The position numbers and the translations under genes are program-made. Shown piece by piece: positions 10,403 through 20,305 of a stretch of 64,000 nucleotides of DNA. Source of the stretch: Marinobacter sp. Lineage in GTDB: Bacteria > Pseudomonadota > Gammaproteobacteria > Pseudomonadales > Oleiphilaceae. The notes under the pieces were generated by a model that was not told the origin of the DNA, did no database searches, and was given only the letters and a program-made list of their open reading frames with translations. Position 1 is the stretch's first letter; every line of letters begins with the position of its first letter. The stretch spans positions 69,118 through 133,117 of the forward strand of contig NZ_JAWOIS010000030.1 of the NCBI RefSeq assembly GCF_046484525.1, given 5' to 3'.

Positions 10403-11101
10403 GTGAAACTGCTGGCACTGGATACGTCATCAGAGGGCTGCTCGGCAGCCCTTCTTGTTGATGGCGAGATAACGGAGCGATTCGAAGTCGCACCCCGTGG
10501 CCATACCCGGCTGCTCATGCCCATGGTGCGGGAACTGCTGGCGGAAAAGGGCCTGATGCCTGCCGATCTGGATGCCCTTGCATTTGCCTGCGGGCCGGGT
10601 TCCTTTACCGGTCTGCGGATCGCGACCGGTGTGGTGCAGGGCCTGGCCTGGGGCCTCAACCTTCCTGTGGTTCCGGTCTCCTCCCTCGCTGCCGTGGCCT
10701 ATGGCGCCATGGAGTCCCTCGATATCGCCGAGGGCGATGCCGTGGCTGTGGCTTTCGATGCCCGCATGGGGGAGGTCTACTGGGGCTGCTACCGTCGCAA
10801 CGACGGCCTGCCCGAGTTGCTGGGCGAGGAACGGGTCTGTCCGCCGGGGGCGGTCAGCCTGACTGGCCAGGCCGAGCACTGGTATGGTGTGGGCCCCGGC
10901 TGGCAGTTCCTGGACCAGATGCCGGCAGAAGTGTCCGGCCCGATGGTATCCGTGGCGCCGGACCTGCTGTTGCGCGCCAGTTGGGTCGCGCGTCTGGCCG
11001 AGAAGCCGGCGGCAGAGGGCCACACCGTGCCCGCTGAACAGGCGCAACCGGTCTATATCCGTGATGAGGTGGCCTGGAAAAAGCTGCCCGGCCGCGAGTA
11101 A
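10403..11101 (+). CDS. tsaB: tRNA threonylcarbamoyladenosine biosynthesis protein TsaB (YeaZ)
   Basis: 232 aa with a GTG start, LALDTSSE at the N-terminus and GPGSFTGLRIA. Confidence 0.85.
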   Translation: MKLLALDTSSEGCSAALLVDGEITERFEVAPRGHTRLLMPMVRELLAEKGLMPADLDALAFACGPGSFTGLRIATGVVQGLAWGLNLPVVPVSSLAAVAYGAMESLDIAEGDAVAVAFDARMGEVYWGCYRRNDGLPELLGEERVCPPGAVSLTGQAEHWYGVGPGWQFLDQMPAEVSGPMVSVAPDLLLRASWVARLAEKPAAEGHTVPAEQAQPVYIRDEVAWKKLPGRE

Positions 11102-11104
11102 GCC

Positions 11105-11923
11105 GTGGCGACTCCCCGTCCTGACCTCTCATCTTCTTCCCTGGCTGTTGCCCGCAGCAGCTTGGGTGATCACACCCGGGCCATTGAGCTCAGCGAACGC
11201 CTGGGGTTTCCCTATCTCGGGGTCGTTCGCCCTCGCGATGTCGCCGATGCGACCGTACTGCTGTTCCTTGACGAACAGGGCCTTTGCCTCCAGCTGACCG
11301 GGAAAGGCGCACCCGGCCCAGTCCGGGTCGAGTTTGTTTCCGGCAAGATGGGATACCGGCGTGAGCATGGTGGCGGTGCCGGCCAGCTGGTTGCCAAAGC
11401 CGTGGGTCTGCAGAAGACCAGGGCCAGCCTGCATGTGCTGGATGCGACCGCGGGTTTGGGTCAGGATGCTTTTGTTCTCGCCAGTCTCGGGTGCGAGGTG
11501 ACCCTGTTTGAACGCAATCCCGTTATCCATGCTCTGCTGGAGGATGGCCTGGCCCGAGCCGCACTCAATGTTGACTGCGCGCCGATCGTCGCCAGGATGA
11601 CCCTGGCCGCCGGTAGCAGCATCGACTGGTTGCGTCAGACCGACAGTGGATCGGTGGATGTGGTCTACCTGGACCCTATGTTCCCGCACCGGGACAAGTC
11701 AGCTCGGGTAAAAAAGGAAATGGAAGTGTTCCGGATGATCGTGGGCGATGACGAGGATGCCTCCAAGTTGCTCGAGGCGGCCCTGAAGGTGGCTACCTAC
11801 CGGGTGGTGGTCAAGCGCCCCCGCAAGGCTCCAACTATCGAAGGCCCCGAGCCCAGCACCCGGGTCGAAGGCAAGAGCAGCCGCTACGATATATACGCCT
11901 TCAAGGCGCTACCGGTGACCTGA
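11105..11923 (+). CDS. rsmJ: 16S rRNA (guanine1516-N2)-methyltransferase RsmJ (YhiQ)
   Basis: 272 aa with a GTG start, the SAM-binding [19 protein letters not shown], and VVYLDPMFP. Confidence 0.8.
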   Translation: MATPRPDLSSSSLAVARSSLGDHTRAIELSERLGFPYLGVVRPRDVADATVLLFLDEQGLCLQLTGKGAPGPVRVEFVSGKMGYRREHGGGAGQLVAKAVGLQKTRASLHVLDATAGLGQDAFVLASLGCEVTLFERNPVIHALLEDGLARAALNVDCAPIVARMTLAAGSSIDWLRQTDSGSVDVVYLDPMFPHRDKSARVKKEMEVFRMIVGDDEDASKLLEAALKVATYRVVVKRPRKAPTIEGPEPSTRVEGKSSRYDIYAFKALPVT

Positions 11924-11928
11924 ACCGC

Positions 11929-14400
11929 TCAGGCGCCGAGCATGGTCACCTGCTGGATGGCCTGACGCTTCTCTACGCTCAGCACCAGGCGGGCGTCGTC
12001 CGCCACTTCCTCCAGTCCCTCGCCATAGTTGATGAGGCCGTTGTCATCGGTGGTGATGACGCCGTTCTCCTGCATGTTGGCAATGAAGTTCCGAAACAGG
12101 GTCTTGTCGAAGAATTCCGGCGCGTTAAGGCCGAACAGAATCGACATGCGCTCCGCCAGTAGGGTGCTCTGTTCTTCCAGTTCCGAAGCACTGATTTTGC
12201 CTGAGCCGTACTTGCGCAGGATGCCCAGTGTGATGTGGTAACGCTCCAGGGTCTGGATGATGAACCGGGACAGCACCCGCAATCGCAGCATAACCTCGGT
12301 GCCTTCCTCGGGGCGGCCAATACGGTTGTCCTCCAGGGTTTCCAGCAGCCCCTGTTCCACCAGGATATCAATCCAGTGATTGATGACGCCCTTCACCTCG
12401 TCCGCAGAATGCTTAAGGAACAGTTCGGACTGCAGGTAGGGGTAGGCCACGGTCGCCAGGAATACAATCTTGTCCCGGCGCAGTGAGTCCCTGTTCTCGA
12501 ACAGGCTTGCAACCAGGGATGGGAGGGCAAACAGGTGCTGGATATTGTTGCGGTAGTAGGTCATCAGGATGGCATTGCTGCCTTCAAGGGCAATGATGTC
12601 GCCCAGCTTTTGGGGCTGGCGGGTAACCAGTCCCATGTCCTCACAGTAGGCGACCCAGTCTTTGCCGGATCCGTCCGGCAGGGTGACGGTTTCAGCATAG
12701 GGGTAGGCTTTCAACAGACCGGCGTATTGGTCCATCAGCCGGATCAGCTGGCCTTCGTCCATGGCCAGGCGGTCGGTTCCCAGTAATACCGTGGCGGTCA
12801 TGCCGATGGGATTTACGGCAACCGATGCGTTGATGTTTGAAGCCACCCGGAGCGAGAGCTGATCCACTGCCCGGGTCAGCCAGGCCGGTCGGTACTCGGC
12901 ATCGTAGGCTTCCTCGCGCCAGCTCTCGTGCGTATCGTCGAGGACATCGGCCAACGGAATGGCATCGCCGAAATTCACTGCCACCCGGCCGAAGGAATTG
13001 GTGAGTTTGCGGACAGTCTTGGCCAGCCCGAACACACTCTCTTTCTGCTTTTTCTTGCCGCGCAACTCGCCCAGATAGGAGCGGCCTTCCATAACCTTTT
13101 CGTAGCCAATGTAGACCGGCACGAAGACGATGGGCTTGCGGTGATCCCGCAGGAAGCTTCGAACAGTCATGGAGAGCATGCCCGGACGGGGTTGCAGCAT
13201 TCGTCCGGTCCGGCTGCGCCCGCCCTCCACGAAATACTCCACCGAGTAGCCCCGGGAGAACATCACGTGCATGTATTCGTTGAACACGGTGGCATACAGT
13301 GGGTTGTCCCGGAACGAGCGACGCATGAAGAAGGCTCCGCCCCGACGCAGGATAGGCCCGACGATGGGCATGTTCAGGTTGATGCCGGCGGCAATGTGCG
13401 GGGGCATCAGGCCGTTCTTGTAGAGTACGTAGGACAGCAGCAGATAATCGATGTGGGATCGGTGGCAGGGCACATAAACTACGGCGTTGTCCTGGGCGAC
13501 TTCCTTGGCTACTTTGATGTTGTTCACGGCAATGCCGTTGTAGATGCGGTTCCAGAGCCAGGACAGCACCACCTCCAGAAAACGTATAGTTACGATGGAC
13601 ATGCTGGCGGCGATTTCGTCCGCATACTTGTAGGCTTTTGCCCGCACTTTCTCGGGCGGTATGTCATCCCGGGCAGCGGTTTCACGAATCGCTTCCTTCA
13701 CCGCCTGGGTGCGCACCAGCCCCTCCACCAGGGTACGCCGATGGGACAGGTCCGGACCGAGCACGGCCTGGCGCACCCGGCGGAAATGGGTACGCAGCAG
13801 CCGGGCAAGCTTGCGGTTGGCTCGCTCCTCGCTGTGCCGGTATTCGTCAATGACCTGTTTCAGGGACAATGGCTGGTTGAACTGCACGTAGGTATTTCTC
13901 CCGTGCACCAGAATGATCAGGAACTTCTGCAGGCGCCCGGCCACCGACCAGGTGTCGGACAGCAGCAGTTTGACCAGGGATTTCTCCTTGTCCGGCGACC
14001 GACCCCAGAACATGGACACCGGCACGATCTGCACGTCCCGGTCCGGATGCTCCAGCCCATAGCGGACCAGCGACTTGAACTCGTTGGTGGGCACCGGTGT
14101 CTGGCGACCGCCACTGAACAGGCCGCCGATGCGCCGATAGAGGAAGAAAAATGAATGGGAGGGCCCGTTTTTCACCGGCAGGGCCTCGGTCGCCCCGGGG
14201 AACCCGGCGCGGATGACCTCCTGTTCCAGCACCAGCCGGCTCGAGAGCGAGCTGTACTGCAGCACGTAGCACACCGGTTTGTCCGGATCGAGGCCCAGGG
14301 ATTCGGCATTGTTTCCGCTGACGTCTGTCCGCACCCACAAGAACAGGATCTTGCGGAGAATGGTCAGAATCAGGCTGCGAATGCCCTGGTAAAGTCGCAT
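11929..14400 (-). CDS. plsB: Glycerol-3-phosphate 1-O-acyltransferase PlsB
   Basis: 823 aa with the HX4D acyltransferase motif HRSHIDYLLL, plus VEGGRSRTGR. The size is typical of PlsB. Confidence 0.93.
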   Translation of the reverse strand: MRLYQGIRSLILTILRKILFLWVRTDVSGNNAESLGLDPDKPVCYVLQYSSLSSRLVLEQEVIRAGFPGATEALPVKNGPSHSFFFLYRRIGGLFSGGRQTPVPTNEFKSLVRYGLEHPDRDVQIVPVSMFWGRSPDKEKSLVKLLLSDTWSVAGRLQKFLIILVHGRNTYVQFNQPLSLKQVIDEYRHSEERANRKLARLLRTHFRRVRQAVLGPDLSHRRTLVEGLVRTQAVKEAIRETAARDDIPPEKVRAKAYKYADEIAASMSIVTIRFLEVVLSWLWNRIYNGIAVNNIKVAKEVAQDNAVVYVPCHRSHIDYLLLSYVLYKNGLMPPHIAAGINLNMPIVGPILRRGGAFFMRRSFRDNPLYATVFNEYMHVMFSRGYSVEYFVEGGRSRTGRMLQPRPGMLSMTVRSFLRDHRKPIVFVPVYIGYEKVMEGRSYLGELRGKKKQKESVFGLAKTVRKLTNSFGRVAVNFGDAIPLADVLDDTHESWREEAYDAEYRPAWLTRAVDQLSLRVASNINASVAVNPIGMTATVLLGTDRLAMDEGQLIRLMDQYAGLLKAYPYAETVTLPDGSGKDWVAYCEDMGLVTRQPQKLGDIIALEGSNAILMTYYRNNIQHLFALPSLVASLFENRDSLRRDKIVFLATVAYPYLQSELFLKHSADEVKGVINHWIDILVEQGLLETLEDNRIGRPEEGTEVMLRLRVLSRFIIQTLERYHITLGILRKYGSGKISASELEEQSTLLAERMSILFGLNAPEFFDKTLFRNFIANMQENGVITTDDNGLINYGEGLEEVADDARLVLSVEKRQAIQQVTMLGA

Positions 14401-14540
14401 AAATTGATGCTCCGGTGACTGAAAACAGGCGCTAAGTTTACTTGGTTGCGTACGGTGCGGAAAGTCGGCCCGTGATTCTTGGCACTTGCCGCAATGTGGT
14501 ACATTTCTCCATCACCGTTTTTTGTAAAGCGACCCATTGG

Positions 14541-15368
14541 ATGAACTACTCAGATACAGACTGGAAGCCCGGCTGGAATACCGTCAAGCCGGAGCCGGAC
14601 GACTTGGTGCTTCTGGTTTCCGGAGCCCACATCCTGAAGCCCGAAGAAGGCTGGCTGGTAGCCCGGGATGATCCCCGGATCGCCGGTGTCGGTGCCGATG
14701 CGGTGGCCCTGGGCTCCATCCGTGAACGGGCAGTCTATGTTACCGAAGTGCCGGAAGATACCGTGGGCTTCGAGCAGGTCAACCTCCGGGAGGCGATCCT
14801 GATGCGAGAGGGTGTGCCCACGGCCCTGGTGAGCACGGGGTTCCAGGTCTGGCAGTGGTGGCGGGATCACCGTTTCTGTGGCCGCTGCGGGGGGGAGACC
14901 GGATTCCATCCCCACGAACGGGCAAAGTGGTGCGACACCTGCAACATTCCCTGGTATCCGCGGCTTGCGCCCTGTGTGATCGTGGTCATTCGCCGGGATG
15001 ATCGCTTCCTGCTGGCGAAGAATGCCCGGGTCAAACGTCAGTTCTACAGTCTGATCGCCGGTTTCGTGGAGCCCGGTGAGAGCCTGGAGGAAGCGGTGGT
15101 CAGGGAGGTCATGGAGGAAACCGGTCTGGCCGTCACCAACGTGCAATATTGCGAATCTCAGCCCTGGCCGTTCCCTCACCAACTCATGGTCGGTTTTTTT
15201 GCCGACTACGCCGGTGGTGAACTGGTACTCCAGGAGGACGAGTTGTCGGATGCGGGCTGGTATCGCCCCGGGGACACTCCGCCGGTTCCTCCGCAGACGA
15301 CCATTGCCGGCCGCCTGATCCGTCTCATGGAGCAGGAGATAACAGAGGCAGGGGGCACCCGTGACTGA
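14541..15368 (+). CDS. nudC: NAD(+) diphosphatase / NADH pyrophosphatase NudC
   Basis: Zinc ribbon CGRCGG..CDTC, Nudix box GFVEPGESLEEAVVREVMEETG and the NudC signature SQPWPFP. The start was chosen at MNYSD (14541). The track ORF begins at 14442. Confidence 0.85.
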   Translation: MNYSDTDWKPGWNTVKPEPDDLVLLVSGAHILKPEEGWLVARDDPRIAGVGADAVALGSIRERAVYVTEVPEDTVGFEQVNLREAILMREGVPTALVSTGFQVWQWWRDHRFCGRCGGETGFHPHERAKWCDTCNIPWYPRLAPCVIVVIRRDDRFLLAKNARVKRQFYSLIAGFVEPGESLEEAVVREVMEETGLAVTNVQYCESQPWPFPHQLMVGFFADYAGGELVLQEDELSDAGWYRPGDTPPVPPQTTIAGRLIRLMEQEITEAGGTRD

Positions 15369-16218
15369 TCCCGCGTCGCCGTGCATCCTGGTTTTCGATT
15401 CTGGCGTGGGTGGACTAAGCGTCGCCCGTTGTATCCTCGAGGCCCTGCCGGGTGCCGAGCTGGTCTACCTGGCGGACAATGCCGGCTTCCCCTACGGCGA
15501 TCAGCCGGAACCGTTGGTGATCGAGCGTTGCACCACACTGATTCGCCGGGCGCTTGAGGAAATACCCTGTGACGTGGTGGTGGTGGCCTGTAACACCGCC
15601 AGTACCGTGGTTCTGCCCCGGTTGCGGGCGCTGATTGATGTGCCGGTGGTAGGGGTGGTGCCGGCGATTAAACCCGCAGCTGGCCAGACAGCCAATCGCC
15701 GGATAGGTGTGCTGGCCACCCCGGCCACGGTCCGCCGGCCGTATCTGGATCGGCTGATCGATGAGTTTGCCGGTGATTGCCAGGTTGTGCGGGTCGGGCA
15801 CCCGGCCCTTGTGTGCTGGGCAGAACAGCTGGTGCGTGGTATTCCGGTGCCGGAGGCGGAGCTGCGGGAAGCGCTGGCTCCCCTGAAACGGTCAGGCGTG
15901 GATACGGTGGTGCTTGGGTGCACTCATTACCCTCTGCTCCTGGATGCGTTGAGAGCCGTGTTACCGGAGATCCGTCACTGGGTGGATTCCGGTGACGCCA
16001 TCGCCAGGAGGGTGCAGTTCCTGCTCGGTGAGACTGGCCGGGATCTGGAGGCCATCGCCGGAGGCGAGCACCCCGAGCCGGTCCGAGCGGTGCTGCTGTC
16101 CGGGGAGGTGCCCCACGGATTGGCGGAGTTCATGGCGTCACGGGGCCTGGCGGCGCGGCGAATCGATGGGCGCTGGGGTGGGCTGGCCGACCCGGTCAGA
16201 GCAACCGGGTCAGCTTGA
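15361..16218 (+). CDS. murI: Glutamate racemase
   Basis: 285 aa with a GTG start overlapping the nudC stop. Motifs present are VFDSGVGGLSV, VVACNTAS and LGCTHYP. Confidence 0.92.
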   Translation: MTDPASPCILVFDSGVGGLSVARCILEALPGAELVYLADNAGFPYGDQPEPLVIERCTTLIRRALEEIPCDVVVVACNTASTVVLPRLRALIDVPVVGVVPAIKPAAGQTANRRIGVLATPATVRRPYLDRLIDEFAGDCQVVRVGHPALVCWAEQLVRGIPVPEAELREALAPLKRSGVDTVVLGCTHYPLLLDALRAVLPEIRHWVDSGDAIARRVQFLLGETGRDLEAIAGGEHPEPVRAVLLSGEVPHGLAEFMASRGLAARRIDGRWGGLADPVRATGSA

Positions 16219-17203
16219 ACATGGCCAGAAATTCCATGGCGGGTATGGCCCGGCGGTGGCAGCAATAGGTCTTGAAAACCTCACCCCGGAACCGTGATTT
16301 GGTGAACTCCAGTCCCTTGAAGTTGTAAAGAAAGTTGGCTTTCTCGTACACCAGGTGCAGCAGGCGCTTGAGCAGTCGGCTTTCCTGGTGTTCCGTGGTA
16401 CGGTCCAGCGACAGCGGAATCAGTCCCAGATCCAGATAGGGCACGCCTTCGGCCCTGAATACTTCCATGGCATGGGCCATCAGCGTGTAGAAAATGCCCT
16501 GGCGGAAATCGGCATTGGCCCGGGAGATGTTGGGCACGTAGCTGATGATTTCGTTATTCCGGTAGATTGGGTCGAAGTAGATGAACCCCACCGCCTTGCC
16601 ATCCTGGTAGGCATAGAAGTGCCGTTCATTCTCCCGGTATGCCATCTCCATCGGCCGGATCAGGAAGCGGATTTCGTTACTTTTGCATTTCCGGGTGCGG
16701 ATCCAGGCTTCGGAGATCTCCCGGGTGTGGTCGTCGCTGAAACGTTCCTTCACGGAGATCCCGTTCTTCTCTGCCTGGTTCAGGGCCGTGCGCAGAATCT
16801 GCTTTTTCTTGCCGCTGAGACTCCAGCGGGACAGGTCTATCCGGGATTCGCTGCCGAACTGGGTTCCAAACAGGCCAAATCGCTGGTGCAGGCAATCCAC
16901 GACCGGTCGTGACACCTGGATGTAGCTGGCATTGGGGTAGCGCCGGTAAAACTGTTCCAGGATCTGCCCGAAGTTCTCGGGGGCACAGACCGGATCGGAC
17001 AATACAAATGTGCCACCCCATTTGCGCATGAACGCGATGTAGCCGATGCCCGGCAGGTCAAAGAAATGCATGCCCGGCTGAAGCGTTGAGAAGGACTGGG
17101 AGTGGGTGCCGTACTTCTTCAGGTAGCTCACCCGTTCGGCAAAACTGAAGGTCCCGCTATCCAGTTCGCGGGCGCTGTCCAGTGCAAGAATCTGGTCCGT
17201 CAT
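16196..17203 (-). CDS. Standalone DUF2156 / LPG-synthase C-terminal-domain-like protein (predicted aminoacyl-tRNA-dependent transferase fold)
   Basis: 335 aa with no transmembrane flippase domain. The pattern YGTHSQSFSTLQPGMHFFDLPGIGYIAFMRKWGGTFVLSDPV ... RIDLSRWSLSGKKKQILRTALNQAEKNG matches my recollection of the MprF C-domain family. Its 3' end overlaps the murI 3' end by 23 nt (convergent). Confidence 0.75.
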   Translation of the reverse strand: MTDQILALDSARELDSGTFSFAERVSYLKKYGTHSQSFSTLQPGMHFFDLPGIGYIAFMRKWGGTFVLSDPVCAPENFGQILEQFYRRYPNASYIQVSRPVVDCLHQRFGLFGTQFGSESRIDLSRWSLSGKKKQILRTALNQAEKNGISVKERFSDDHTREISEAWIRTRKCKSNEIRFLIRPMEMAYRENERHFYAYQDGKAVGFIYFDPIYRNNEIISYVPNISRANADFRQGIFYTLMAHAMEVFRAEGVPYLDLGLIPLSLDRTTEHQESRLLKRLLHLVYEKANFLYNFKGLEFTKSRFRGEVFKTYCCHRRAIPAMEFLAMFKLTRLL

Positions 17204-17245
17204 GTTTCTGCTCCGGTGTTATTGTTCTTGGGCAATCTTTTGGAG

Positions 17246-17905
17246 TCAGGCCTGCTTGCGCCCGAGGATGGACCAGTAACAATCCATGTTCAGAAGCTTG
17301 AAGTGCTTCTTGTCAGTGACCTCGAGGCCCAGCCGCTGCATGTGTTCCGGGTAGTTGTAGATCTTGTGGAAGGCATTGTTGGCAAACAGCCAGAACACGA
17401 ACACGGCCATGTACCAATAAAGCTTCTTGAACAGGCGGGAGATCAGGTTGCCGGTGGGGTAGCAGAAGTCACCGACCACCACCCGGGCATTCGCCTTGCC
17501 CAGGCGGATCAGGTGTTCCAGAACCTTTACCATCATGGTCTCGTCGAACACGTTGAGGAAGAAGTTGGCGACAACCATGTCGTAGTGCTCGAATTCCTCG
17601 ACCTTCATGATGTCACTGTGAATCCTCCGGATACTCAGCTGCGGGGCCTCCTCCTGCTGGGCTTCGCTGAACTTGCGCAGCATGGTTTCGGATAGGTCGA
17701 CCACGGTGACGTCGGCGCCAAGCTCGGCGGCACGGATTGCGTCCCGGCCATGGCCGACGCCGGCAAACAGGATGCGGTCGCCCGGATGGACGGTTTCCAC
17801 ATCCAGCATGGCGGTTTTGCAGCGATGAATGTTCTTGCCGCTGTAGAGGTTGCTCAGGAAATCGTAGACAGGGCCAATGTATTTGTACTTGTCGCGCATG
17901 ATCAC
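17246..17905 (-). CDS. Class I SAM-dependent methyltransferase with C-terminal hydrophobic segment
   Basis: 219 aa with motif I ILFAGVGHGRDAI, post-I VVDLS and a hydrophobic stretch LYWYMAVFVFWLFANNAF. It lies 42 nt upstream of the DUF2156 gene on the same strand, so the two are probably an operon. Confidence 0.8.
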   Translation of the reverse strand: MIMRDKYKYIGPVYDFLSNLYSGKNIHRCKTAMLDVETVHPGDRILFAGVGHGRDAIRAAELGADVTVVDLSETMLRKFSEAQQEEAPQLSIRRIHSDIMKVEEFEHYDMVVANFFLNVFDETMMVKVLEHLIRLGKANARVVVGDFCYPTGNLISRLFKKLYWYMAVFVFWLFANNAFHKIYNYPEHMQRLGLEVTDKKHFKLLNMDCYWSILGRKQA

Positions 17906-18130
17906 TGCTGCCTGTACCTGTTCGGGGGATGCTGAAGCGTTATTGTCTTTGTTGACCCTGATTTCGTAACAGGGAGTTCCGTTCCAGCGCCTTGAGCTTC
18001 GAGAGTAGAGAACAGGTGGGGGGAATTATGTGCAGTACTGCGCATTTCCGGATACATAAAGTAACGCAACGCAACACTTTGCAAACCCGATCAAGAATTG
18101 TGATAGGAGTGTAAGACAATCGGTTGGGTG

Positions 18131-20305
18131 TCAGAAGGAGGCGGCTTTGACGAACCTCTCTGCCAGGGCCTTGAAAACTTCCTCCGCCGGTCGGGCGGGC
18201 CCGTAGAAGAAGCCTTGCACCTGGTGGCAGCCCAGATTGCGTAAATAGGAAAGCTGCTCGTCGGTCTCCACACCCTCGGCCACGATTTCCAGCTTCAGGC
18301 CATGGGCCATGGCAACGATGGCGTTGACGATGCAGGCACCGTCCTCGCCGCTACGAATGGCCCGGACAAAGGATTGGTCAACCTTGAGGGTATGGATGGG
18401 CAGCCGGTGCAGGTAGTTGAGGGAGGAATAGCCTGTGCCGAAATCGTCGATGGCGATGCGCACACCGACGGTCGCCAGTTCACGCAACTTGTGGCTGATC
18501 TGGTCAAGATCGCTCATGATCACGTTTTCTGTGATCTCGATCTCGAGATTGTCAGGGGGGAAGTGCTGTTTGGTCATCCGCTTGACGAGATTGTCCACGA
18601 AGCGGGGATGCTCGACCTGGGTCGGGGAGAGATTCACTGCCAGGCGCAGGTCCGGATGGCCGTTCCGGATCCAGTCGCCCACATCCCGGAAGGCGTGGTC
18701 CATGACCCATTCGCTGAGCTGCACGATGAGTTTGGTTTCCTCGGCCAGCGGCAGGAAATCCCCGGGATACAGCAAGCCACGTTCCGGGTGCTGCCATCGC
18801 ACCAATGCTTCGAGACCGACAATACGGTTGCTCCTGGAGCAGACCTGGGGCTGGTAGAAAACCCGAAGTTCTTCGCGCTCCAGGGCCAGGCGAAGATCCC
18901 GTTCCAGGTTCAGCCGATTGGCGGTATCCACGTTCATGGTCCGGGAGTAGAACCGGTAGCCATCCTTGCCCCGGCCTTTGACATGGTACATGGCAATATC
19001 GGCACTCTGGATCAGTTGATCCAGGTTCTCGCCGGCCTCGGGGTAGACCGCGATGCCGATGCTAACACCGACGAACACCTCGTGCTTGCCCAGCTGGAAC
19101 GGGGCCTGGAGCGCCCGGATCAGCTTTCTGGCGATCTGCCGGGCATCGTCATTATCGTTAATCGCGGGCAGCAGCAGGGTGAACTCGTCCCCGCCAAAGC
19201 GGGACAGAGTGTCCCCCTTGCGCAGGCACTTCTCCAACCGCTGGGTGACCGCCTGGAGCAGGCGGTCACCCATGGCATGGCCGAGGGTGTCGTTGATGAC
19301 CTTGAAACGATCAAGATCCAGAAACATGACTGCCAACTTCTCGTTACCCCGCCGGGCCTGGGCAATTGCCAGTTCCAGACGGTCCTTGAACAGGGCGCGG
19401 TTGGGCAGGCGGGTCAGAAGGTCATGATACGCCTGGAAATTGATGAACGCCTCGGCTTCCTTACGCTCCGTCACATCTCGGGCCGTGCCGTAGTACCGGG
19501 CGGATTTGGGCGTCGCACCGATCTGGCTCTCACCGGTGTGTGGCCAGGTCTGGGGGTCAATCGGAAAGGCCGTGATTTCAAAATGACGGGTAGCCTGCTG
19601 ACTGCCACGGGTTTTGAGTCGTACTTCCAGTGTCCGCGGGTTATCCGCGTTGATATTGGCCCCTTTCAGGGCATAGGTTCCCTTTGACACGTCCCGGTCG
19701 TCGAGAATTTGCCGGAAGTGCTGGCCGCAGAGTTCCTCCGGTTGATAGCCAAGCAGTGATTCGACCTTGCTGTTGATGAAGCAGATATAGCCATCATCAT
19801 CGAGCATGAACACGATGTCCGGTGAGGTGTTGACGATATAGCGATGCAAGGCTTCGGATTTCTCCAGCCGCACCTGGATATGTTCGTGTGCCCGCATGAG
19901 GGATTGCTTGTTGATGACGTTCTCGACGGTTGCCAGCAGTTCCTCGGGGTCGAAGGGTTTGCGGATGTAATCCAGCGCGCCCCGGCGCAGCGCCCGGCTG
20001 ACCGCCGCAAACGAACTTTCACCGCTGATGACGATGGTGCCACAGTCCGGTTGCTTACCGGTCAGTTCCGCCATGACCTCGAAGCCATCCACGCCGGGCA
20101 TTCGAAGGTCCAGAAGCGCGAGGTCAAACGAGTGTTGAGCAATCAGCTCACAGGCTCTTTCGCCGCCCTCCGCCTCGGTTACCTCGTAGCCCTGGCTACG
20201 CAGCAGAGAGGCAAGCGAACTGAGAAGCCGGGGCTCATCATCCACTACCAGGAGCCTGGCCGGTAAACCCTGACTCGGGGTCTGATCAGCATGTTCAGGT
20301 TTCAT
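18131..20305 (-). CDS. Response regulator REC-PAS-GGDEF-EAL (c-di-GMP synthase/phosphodiesterase)
   Basis: 724 aa. The REC domain shows LLVVDDEP..LALLDLRMPGVDG. An I-site RKGD lies 5 residues before an intact GGDEF. EAL motifs are EALVRW, DDFGTGYSSL, KVDQSF, EGVET and QGFFY. The ATGA overlap with the upstream kinase gene suggests coupling. Confidence 0.92.
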   Translation of the reverse strand: MKPEHADQTPSQGLPARLLVVDDEPRLLSSLASLLRSQGYEVTEAEGGERACELIAQHSFDLALLDLRMPGVDGFEVMAELTGKQPDCGTIVISGESSFAAVSRALRRGALDYIRKPFDPEELLATVENVINKQSLMRAHEHIQVRLEKSEALHRYIVNTSPDIVFMLDDDGYICFINSKVESLLGYQPEELCGQHFRQILDDRDVSKGTYALKGANINADNPRTLEVRLKTRGSQQATRHFEITAFPIDPQTWPHTGESQIGATPKSARYYGTARDVTERKEAEAFINFQAYHDLLTRLPNRALFKDRLELAIAQARRGNEKLAVMFLDLDRFKVINDTLGHAMGDRLLQAVTQRLEKCLRKGDTLSRFGGDEFTLLLPAINDNDDARQIARKLIRALQAPFQLGKHEVFVGVSIGIAVYPEAGENLDQLIQSADIAMYHVKGRGKDGYRFYSRTMNVDTANRLNLERDLRLALEREELRVFYQPQVCSRSNRIVGLEALVRWQHPERGLLYPGDFLPLAEETKLIVQLSEWVMDHAFRDVGDWIRNGHPDLRLAVNLSPTQVEHPRFVDNLVKRMTKQHFPPDNLEIEITENVIMSDLDQISHKLRELATVGVRIAIDDFGTGYSSLNYLHRLPIHTLKVDQSFVRAIRSGEDGACIVNAIVAMAHGLKLEIVAEGVETDEQLSYLRNLGCHQVQGFFYGPARPAEEVFKALAERFVKAASF

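Noticed and set aside
12928-14154. A 408-aa ORF antisense to plsB.
   Set aside because: It is a shadow frame of a well-supported gene, with His/Gly/Val-rich composition and no motif.
18028-18045. A palindrome atgTGCAGTACTGCGcat (core GCAGTACTGC) upstream of the methyltransferase operon, considered as an operator.
   Set aside because: It is a short, isolated dyad with no second copy and no adjacent regulator gene to assign, so the evidence is insufficient.
18302-19687. A 461-aa ORF antisense to the REC-PAS-GGDEF-EAL gene.
   Set aside because: It is a shadow frame. The opposite strand carries intact GGDEF and EAL motifs.
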